This document shows positions 55,700-61,457 of a stretch of 61,457 nucleotides of DNA, in pieces; the stretch's first letter is position 1, and every line of letters starts with the position of its first letter. A program made the position numbers and the translations under genes. Source of the stretch: an uncultured Verrucomicrobiota bacterium (lineage in GTDB: Bacteria; Verrucomicrobiota; Kiritimatiellia; JAAZAB01); the NCBI GenBank assembly GCA_964630555.1, contig CAZVVD010000003.1, forward strand, positions 1-61,457, written 5' to 3'. Below the pieces are notes generated by a model. That model was not told the origin of the DNA, ran no database searches, and saw nothing but the letters and a program-made list of their open reading frames with translations.

Positions 55700-57643
55700 T
55701 CAAAGCGCCGGCGGCGAGTAATTGGGAACGATCTCCCGCAGCAGACGGCGGACCTCCTCCGGACCGCCGGTTTCCGCCGCCTGCAGCAGCCGATCCACCA
55801 TCCGGTCCAAAGCCTCCTCCTCCGCCCCGGCCGTCGGCGCCGCGGCCTCCGTCGGCCGGCCGCCGGCCACTAAAATTTTTTCATGACGCGTCCGGCGGTA
55901 ATGCTCGCCGTCCCGGAACAGCTCCTCGAACAACTTTTCCCCGGGCCGCAAGCCGGTGAAAACGATTTCGATATCCCGCCCCACCTGCTTGCCGGAGAGC
56001 TCGATCAGGTCCCGGGCCAAATCCACGATCCGGATCGGCTCGCCCATATCCAGCACGAACACGCCGTTCCGGCACTCCACCCCCGCCAGGGTGGCCGCCT
56101 GGAGCACGAGCTGGACGGCCTCGGGGATGGTCATGAAGTAGCGCTTGACGTCGGGATGCGTGACCGTCACCGGCCCGCCGCGGGCGATCTGTTCCCGGAA
56201 CATGGGCACCACGCTCCCCCGGCTGCCGAGCACGTTGCCGAAGCGCACGGCCACGTAGGGCCGTCCGGTGCGGACGGCCGCGGCCTGCACGATCCGCTCG
56301 GCCACCCGCTTGGTGGCCCCCATGATGTTCGTCGGATTCACGGCCTTATCGGACGAAATCAGCACGAAGCGTTCGACGCCGAAGCGCTCCGCCAGGCGCG
56401 CCAGCTCCCGCGTGCCCCCGACGTTGTTGGTCACCGCGTCCTCGCAATTCGTCTCCATCATGGGCACATGCTTATGGGCGGCGGCGTGGAACACGACCTG
56501 GGGCCGGAGGGCCTCGAACACCGCCCGCAACCTGACCCGGTCGCGGACATCGGCCACGACCACGCCCAGCGGCAGCTTGGGCCAGCGGGCGCGCAGCTCG
56601 TTTTCAAAGGTAAACAGGCTGTTCTCGCCATGCCCCAGCAGCGTCAGCCGCTCGGGCGCGCAGCGGGCGATCTGGCGGCACAGCTCCGACCCGATCGAGC
56701 CGCCGCCGCCGGTCACCAGCACCCGCTTGCCGGCCAGCATGCGTTCCACCTCCTGGGCGTTGATCCGGATCGGCTCGCGGCGCAGAAGATCCTCGATATC
56801 GAGGTTGCGCAACTGGCTGACACTGACCTGGCCCGAAAGGAGCTCGTAGACCCCCGGCATCGTGCGCGACGGCACCCGGGCGGCCTCGCAGAGAGTCATG
56901 ATCTCGCGGACCACCTTGCCGGGCGCGGTGGGAATGGCGATCACCACCTCGTCCACCCCGAGTTTTTCGGCCAGGCGGGGAATATCCTTGCGGGTCCCCA
57001 GCACCGGCACACCGTGGATGGACTTATGGCCCTTGGCGGGATCGTCGTCCACGAACCCCACCGGCGTGATATTGATATGCCGGCTGGAGAGCATTTCGCG
57101 GGCGATCATGGACCCGGCGTCCCCGGCGCCCACGATCAGGACGTTCTTGCCTTCGTCCCCGGGGTCGGCGCGCCGGCGGCGGCGGTGAGTCACCACCCGC
57201 ACGCTGAAACGCGACCCCCCGACCACCAGCAGGGTCAGCAGTCCGTCGATGAACGGCACCGAGCGCGGCAGGCTGCGCCCCACGTCCTGCCCGAAGACAT
57301 CCAGCCCCAGGATCCCGGCCCCGAAGACCAGTCCCGCAGCGACCAGGGTGGCGCTGCCGACGGCGAGCACGATGCTGAGCAGCTCGTCCACGCTGGCGTA
57401 GCGCCAGTAGCGTCGGTAGAGGCCGAACAGGAAAAACGTCGCCAGCTTCACGGCCAGGGCCAGGAGCGTGAAGCGCAGCAGGGCCGGCCCGTAGCGGGAC
57501 ACCCAGGCCGCGGCATCCAGGCGCAGGACCAGGGCCAGGACCGGGGTCACCGACAGGAGGACGACATCCAAAATGAATAAATAGCGATTGCGCATCTCAG
57601 GCAATTCCACCGGCTCGCCTTTGACATCCCGAAGAACCCGCAA
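55700..57643 (-). CDS. Membrane-bound polysaccharide biosynthesis protein, CapD/PglF/WbpM-type NDP-sugar 4,6-dehydratase/epimerase.
   Basis: 647 aa. 4 N-terminal TM helices. NVLIVGAGDAG and VLVTGGGGSIGSELCRQI Rossmann motifs. GATKRVAE. Confidence 0.9.
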   Translation of the reverse strand: MRVLRDVKGEPVELPEMRNRYLFILDVVLLSVTPVLALVLRLDAAAWVSRYGPALLRFTLLALAVKLATFFLFGLYRRYWRYASVDELLSIVLAVGSATLVAAGLVFGAGILGLDVFGQDVGRSLPRSVPFIDGLLTLLVVGGSRFSVRVVTHRRRRRADPGDEGKNVLIVGAGDAGSMIAREMLSSRHINITPVGFVDDDPAKGHKSIHGVPVLGTRKDIPRLAEKLGVDEVVIAIPTAPGKVVREIMTLCEAARVPSRTMPGVYELLSGQVSVSQLRNLDIEDLLRREPIRINAQEVERMLAGKRVLVTGGGGSIGSELCRQIARCAPERLTLLGHGENSLFTFENELRARWPKLPLGVVVADVRDRVRLRAVFEALRPQVVFHAAAHKHVPMMETNCEDAVTNNVGGTRELARLAERFGVERFVLISSDKAVNPTNIMGATKRVAERIVQAAAVRTGRPYVAVRFGNVLGSRGSVVPMFREQIARGGPVTVTHPDVKRYFMTIPEAVQLVLQAATLAGVECRNGVFVLDMGEPIRIVDLARDLIELSGKQVGRDIEIVFTGLRPGEKLFEELFRDGEHYRRTRHEKILVAGGRPTEAAAPTAGAEEEALDRMVDRLLQAAETGGPEEVRRLLREIVPNYSPPAL

Positions 57644-57860
57644 AGCATGGCATTAATCGAACCCCGGGATTCCGCGCCAGCCCGCCCGGAACAACTGAAA
57701 AGGAATTAATAATCATAGTCGCCCGCCCCTGGGCGTCAATCACGAAAGGCGGGTCGTCACGGAACAAGGGGCGATCAAGCAAGCCGGCGTTGCAGTGTTC
57801 ATTCCTTGCGTCCTGGCGCCGCAGGGGCCGCGATGAGACCGACAAAGAAGCGTTCGGCCA

Positions 57861-57947
57861 GGGAGGGCGCGCATGTTGCGCGCCGATAGCGGCCGGCGGT
57901 ACGCCAGCCCTCCCAAAACACACACGCAAAAGTGCATCTGTTTACGG
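57861..57947 (+). repeat. REP-2 repeat, copy b, with the extended tail.
   Basis: gggagggcgcgcatgttgcgcgccgatagcggccggcggtacgccagccctcccaaaacacacacgcaaaagtgcatctgtttacgg. Confidence 0.8.
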
Positions 57948-58160
57948 AAAAGGGGATTTCCCGCGCGACGGCCGGCCCGGGCCGCCAATCTCCACCACCC
58001 CGGCGGCCGGTGTAAGTCGCCAGCCAGACGTTCGGTGTAAGGTCCGGTGAACGCCAGGCAACCCAGCCAGGCCGGCAGGAACGTCAGACGACGGAGATTG
58101 AGCGCATCCACCAGGCACAGGTCCGGCAGGAACAAGAGCAGTGCGCCAGTAGATAAAGCG

Positions 58161-58637
58161 TCAGGGCCCGGATTCGGCTGACGCCTCCAGCAAGCGCCGC
58201 AAAACGGACGCGTCTATCCGATCCTTGTCACGCCGGCTGTTTTGCTTCAGGCGCAACAGCCCCGCCGGATTAAGATACGGAATGCGCGCGGCGCCGGCAT
58301 CGTGTTCCCGGCAATAGGGCAACAGGTCATGATAACGCAGGCCGCTCATGCGCACAAAAATATCCAGCGGAAACTCCTCGACCACTCGCAAGGCGCCTTC
58401 TTCGTCCGTGAAGTCATCCGGTTGCAGCTCGGCCGCACACCCTTCCCCCCAGGCGCTAAGAAATGCGATCAGGCGCTTGATGTTTTCGACGGCGGCGTCC
58501 ACGATGATGTCAACGTCTTCCGTCGCCCGGACGAAGCCGCACATGGCGCAAGCCAGTCCGCCCACGGTGATGAAGCGCACTTCAGCGCGCACCAGTCCCG
58601 CCAACAGTTTTTCGTATTCGCACGATGTGGTCTTCAT
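58161..58637 (-). CDS. Minimal nucleotidyltransferase-fold protein (MNT-like).
   Basis: 158 aa. VGGLACAMCGFVRATEDVDIIV fits the GG-x(n)-DxD NTase motif. No HEPN partner recognised. Confidence 0.55.
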   Translation of the reverse strand: MKTTSCEYEKLLAGLVRAEVRFITVGGLACAMCGFVRATEDVDIIVDAAVENIKRLIAFLSAWGEGCAAELQPDDFTDEEGALRVVEEFPLDIFVRMSGLRYHDLLPYCREHDAGAARIPYLNPAGLLRLKQNSRRDKDRIDASVLRRLLEASAESGP

Positions 58638-59040
58638 GTCCGGGGTCGATGCGCAATCCGCGCAGGGCCGCGTTCAACCGCGCCAGCCGCTGCAGCGGAC
58701 GCAGCGTCGAATCGCGTCCGACCTGACGGCGCGGCGCGCCGTCAGGACGCGGGGATTTATCAGGCCAACCGGCTGGGCCGCGTGTATGCATACGCAACAT
58801 TTACATTGAATTCCCGGCGATCACAAGCCGTTTATTCGCGCGCCATTCGCGGCGGTTAATCCGGCGAAATATCAGCAAGGACTCACCACTGATTTCGGAT
58901 GCCGCTGATCGAACTTATAAAGAGAAGTTGAACCACGAATGGACACCAATGACCGCCAATACTCAGCTGTTTATGAATATCAAGCACCTCACCCGGCAGG
59001 TGATCTCCCTTGTGGATCGCATCATATGAGATCCGTATCA

Positions 59041-59093
59041 GGGGATTCCCGCGCGACGGCCCGCCCGCCTAACCCGAGCCCGGCCAGGGAGCG
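59041..59093 (+). repeat. REP-1 repeat, short copy c.
   Basis: ggggattcccgcgcgacggcccgcccgcctaacccgagcccggccagggagcg aligns with copies a and b. Confidence 0.75.
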
Positions 59094-59126
59094 TTTTCCC
59101 CATGGAACATACATCGCGGGTTGCAC

Positions 59127-60374
59127 CTATTCAATGGCAAGATCGAAAGGAACAGCCAGGCAACGCTCCGAGATGCGCAGCGCCTGTCTTCCGCCATAGA
59201 CAATTAGTCCCGCCCCGGCCTGCTTGCCACTCAGATCCTGAAACCGCGAAACACCCGCCGCATCATGCGGTTTCACAGAAGAGGCGGCCTTGATTTCAAT
59301 GGGGTAATATTTTCCGTTGATTTCCGCGATCAAATCCACCTCCATGCCACTGTGCAGTCGAAAGTGCTGGAATGCTGGAAGCGTTCCAAGTCCTTGAACT
59401 TGCTTGATCAAATCCAGCATCACAAAGGTCTCAAACAACGCGCCAAACAACGGGTGGCCCAACACCGCTTCGGACGACGACAGACGCAATAGATAACATG
59501 CCAACCCGGTATCGGTAAGATATCCTTTCGGTTTTTGACTGAGATTCTTGATTGGATTCCGTGAGAACGCCGGTATTTCCAGCCACTGAAACGTGCCGCG
59601 CAGCGTGGCAATCCAGGCCTGGACAGCCGGCGTGGAAAGCCCGATATCCCGTCCCATCTGGCTGTAATTGCATTCCTGCGCGGTGAGCGCCGCGCACAGC
59701 CCGAGAAAAGCGCCGAATTGTGTCTCGTCTTTTACGGCCAGCAGGCTGCGCACATCGCGTTGCAGATAGGTGCTGACATAGCCCCGCATCCAACCGGGAA
59801 TCACATCGTCTGCCAACGCCTGCACTTCGGGATAAGAACCCCGCCATATCAATTGAGTGGGACTCTGACCGGAACTGGCGCCGCGCAATAACCGATCAAA
59901 AGCAGCCGATGAATCCTCCGCGGTCTCAAGCCAACATTTAAACCAGTTAAGCCGCGCATCCTCCTGTTGTTCACTCAAGGAGAAAGCCGGCAACTCAATG
60001 ATCGCCACACGACCGGCCAGGGATTCTGAAAGATTCCGCATGACTTCCCATTGCTGAGATCCCGTGATAAGGAAAAGCCCCGGCGCACGATGGGCATCAA
60101 CGTATCTCTTCAGCGCCGGAACCAGTTCCGGAGCATATTGAATTTCATCCAGGATCAGCGGCGCCGGATTATTACGCAGAAACAGATCAGGATCTGCCCG
60201 TGCCCCATAAATGTCCTGCACAGGATCAAAGGTGAACGCGTTAATTTTTTCCCCATAGAGGTGCTGCAATAACGTGCTCTTTCCCGTTTGGCGAGACCCT
60301 ACGAGCAACACACAGGAAAAAGACTCAAAATATCTACGGACTTTTGTCTCAATATTTCTTTGATGATATTTCAT
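59127..60374 (-). CDS. AAA-family ATPase with a DUF4143-type C-terminal domain.
   Basis: 415 aa. LLVGSRQTGKST Walker A. LILDEIQ Walker B. The C-terminal EVDLI.E.....YPIEIK pattern is typical of the DUF4143 nuclease-like fold. Markedly lower G+C than the rest of the window. Confidence 0.85.
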   Translation of the reverse strand: MKYHQRNIETKVRRYFESFSCVLLVGSRQTGKSTLLQHLYGEKINAFTFDPVQDIYGARADPDLFLRNNPAPLILDEIQYAPELVPALKRYVDAHRAPGLFLITGSQQWEVMRNLSESLAGRVAIIELPAFSLSEQQEDARLNWFKCWLETAEDSSAAFDRLLRGASSGQSPTQLIWRGSYPEVQALADDVIPGWMRGYVSTYLQRDVRSLLAVKDETQFGAFLGLCAALTAQECNYSQMGRDIGLSTPAVQAWIATLRGTFQWLEIPAFSRNPIKNLSQKPKGYLTDTGLACYLLRLSSSEAVLGHPLFGALFETFVMLDLIKQVQGLGTLPAFQHFRLHSGMEVDLIAEINGKYYPIEIKAASSVKPHDAAGVSRFQDLSGKQAGAGLIVYGGRQALRISERCLAVPFDLAIE

Positions 60375-60594
60375 GGCTCGAAATCATAAACTGCCGGTTT
60401 ACAAAATCAAGGATATTCTTCTTGCCATGGAATGGTGCGTCTGGTCTAGACATGCCTCGGCGGGCGGCATAGATCTATCGCCAACTTGGTGTTCCTGCCG
60501 GGTATTACCTGAATTTTGCGCCGAACTGGCGCAAAATTCACCCGAAGGGCCGTGATGGCCGCGAAAACGCGGCCAAACGGGGTTTAACCACGTT

Positions 60595-60703
60595 AGTTTT
60601 GCAGATAACCGGATAGGTTATCTGCAAAACTTCACGTCTTTTGCCAGCGGGCAATGCCCGCTTAGGCAAAAGTGAATATTGCACGATCATCGTGCAATAT
60701 TCA
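60595..60703. other. Train of three unrelated back-to-back hairpins: a 16-bp perfect stem at 60595-60631, a 15-bp stem with a 2-nt bulge at 60638-60672, and 15-bp perfect arms at 60673-60703. A 7-bp GC hairpin lies at 60557-60574.
   Basis: Read directly: agttttgcagataacc-ggata-ggttatctgcaaaact; cttttgccagcgggc-aat-gcccgct(ta)ggcaaaag; tgaatattgcacgat-c-atcgtgcaatattca. Confidence 0.9.
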
Positions 60704-60718
60704 GGTATTATGAGAACG

Positions 60719-60957
60719 TCATCGCTTCATGGCCGCCAACGCCTGATCGCATTCCTCGCGCACCAGGCCGGTCAAGTACTGCCAGAAGTCCGGCTTCGTA
60801 ACGGTCTCCTCCACAACGGATGCCGGCAGGAATCGCCGCATTTCCCCGACAAAGTCGGCTTGGGTGGAGGGGTTGTCGGACAATGCCTTTATCCGGGCGC
60901 CCAGCAGGCGGATGAATTCAGCGGGGGGTCTCCGGTGATCGGCGACTTTCTATACAT
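60719..60957 (-). pseudogene. Small ORF (about 79 aa if repaired) interrupted by a frameshift at a C6/G6 homopolymer (60923-60928).
   Basis: ATG at 60957 reads MYRKSPITGDPP and then stops. In the -1 frame the text continues AEFIRLLGARIKALSDNPSTQADFVGEMRRFLPASVVEETVTKPDFWQYLTGLVREECDQALAAMKR to the TGA at 60719-60721. One extra G/C in the tract would join the two frames. Confidence 0.4.
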
Positions 60958-60970
60958 TATAATTTAGTCA

Positions 60971-60998
60971 AACTATTTTATATATTCATATAAAATAG
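60971..60998. promoter_or_regulatory. AT-only 12-bp-arm palindrome (actattttatat-attc-atataaaatagt) just upstream of the frameshifted ORF. Possible operator or promoter region.
   Basis: Read directly. On the minus strand it is followed by TTGACTaaaTATAATG, which contains the ORF start. Confidence 0.4.
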
Positions 60999-61132
60999 TC
61001 ATTGCCGGGCACGGAGCGGAGTGAGGGAAAGGTGCTGGTGACGGCCATCGCAACCTTGTTGCCCAACAGGTTCATCGGTCGCCTCCCGGTTGACCAGGTC
61101 CAATACCATCCCATAGAAATAAGGAATAATCT

Positions 61133-61230
61133 CGCGCAAAGACGCAGAGGCGCGGAGTTATAAGCCGTTAATGAATAAAAAGATAAAAACGATCTGCTCC
61201 GATCTCTGCGCCCCTGCGCCTCTGCGCGAT
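61133..61230. repeat. Inverted-repeat element related to the MITE-like family (cgcgcaaagacgcagaggcgcggag ... ctccgatctctgcgcccctgcgcctctgcgcgat) around an AT-rich loop.
   Basis: The reverse complement of the right arm reads atcgcgcagaggcgcaggggcgcagagatcggag and aligns imperfectly with the left arm. Confidence 0.6.
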
Positions 61231-61457
61231 AACGTCTTCCGTCAACTCATCCATCCCATCGCTTGCTATGATCGGATGTTTTCCGGCATACCGGCGCCGG
61301 TCTGTGGGACGCTACTGGACCAGGTCCATGGTGCGGCGCGCGAGCCGCATGTCCCGCAGGGCCAGCGGCACCGATGAACAGCATTTTGTTTAAGCCTTAT
61401 CCCAGTCCCAAGGCAAACCAGATTGCCGACTGGACTTCTTGCATCTTTGATTGCGAA

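Noticed and set aside
57740-58135. A 131-aa minus-strand ORF downstream of the NTase gene, considered as a candidate HEPN or toxin partner.
   Set aside because: Two thirds of it is a translation of REP-1 and REP-2 repeat copies (57861-57990). The remaining ~45 aa show no Rx4-6H motif.
60595-60703. Integron attC sites or gene-cassette boundaries as an explanation for the hairpin train.
   Set aside because: The arms are perfect rather than imperfect palindromes. They lack RYYYAAC/GTTRRRY core sites and extrahelical bases. No intI gene is present.
60641-60967. A 108-aa plus-strand ORF.
   Set aside because: It starts inside the hairpin train, and its text is less protein-like than the opposite-strand reading, which gives the frameshifted small ORF at 60719..60957.

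Overview
This is a 61.5-kb, visibly high-G+C bacterial chromosomal window. I ran no searches, so all family names come from reading the translations. The gene content suggests a PVC-type organism (Verrucomicrobiota, Kiritimatiellota or Planctomycetota-like), but that is inference only. The supporting content is MoxR/Bat-like vWA operons, DUF4175- and DUF4159-like proteins, HEAT-rich giants, a prenyltransferase-like toroid protein and many short intergenic repeats.

Layout:
- 123-10426: the distal half of a Bat-like vWA envelope module. It includes a 2,018-aa Q/A-rich coiled-coil giant with in-frame tandem repeats.
- 10465-20851: housekeeping and hydrolase genes, malic enzyme, tRNA-Glu(CTC), a GDPD phosphodiesterase, a PfkB kinase and cobO.
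- 21018-21697: a vapBC toxin-antitoxin pair.
- 21841-28092 (minus strand): an RND efflux operon, in the order MFP, RND, OMF.
- 28351-28887: an HdeD/DUF308-like membrane protein, immediately upstream of the orphan gene.
- 28916-46393: the most interesting region. An orphan secreted 1,006-aa protein is followed by a translationally coupled seven-gene cluster: MoxR, DUF58, BatA-like, vWA/GATase-like, DUF4175-like, DUF4159-like (with a CCCC motif), and a 1,504-aa thioredoxin-HEAT-thioredoxin-DsbD/CcdA-like fusion. It is a second, complete paralogue of the module at the window start.
- 46772-48486: a GT28 glycolipid synthase and a Gly-zipper membrane protein.
- 48808-57643 (minus strand): a glycan-export and modification block. 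It holds a Wzt-type ABC ATPase with a C-terminal glycan-binding-like domain, acpS, a methyltransferase plus a separate kinase-like coiled-coil protein (together resembling a split WbdD chain terminator), gmhA, a ThiF/MoeB E1-like gene, VanZ and a CapD/PglF dehydratase. No wzm permease gene is visible.
- 58161-61457: a lower-G+C accessory tail with a minimal nucleotidyltransferase, a DUF4143 AAA ATPase, a frameshifted small ORF and a train of unrelated perfect hairpins.

Several families of REP/MITE-like repeats fill almost every intergenic gap, including gaps inside operons. No CRISPR array, rRNA, transposase or integrase was recognised.
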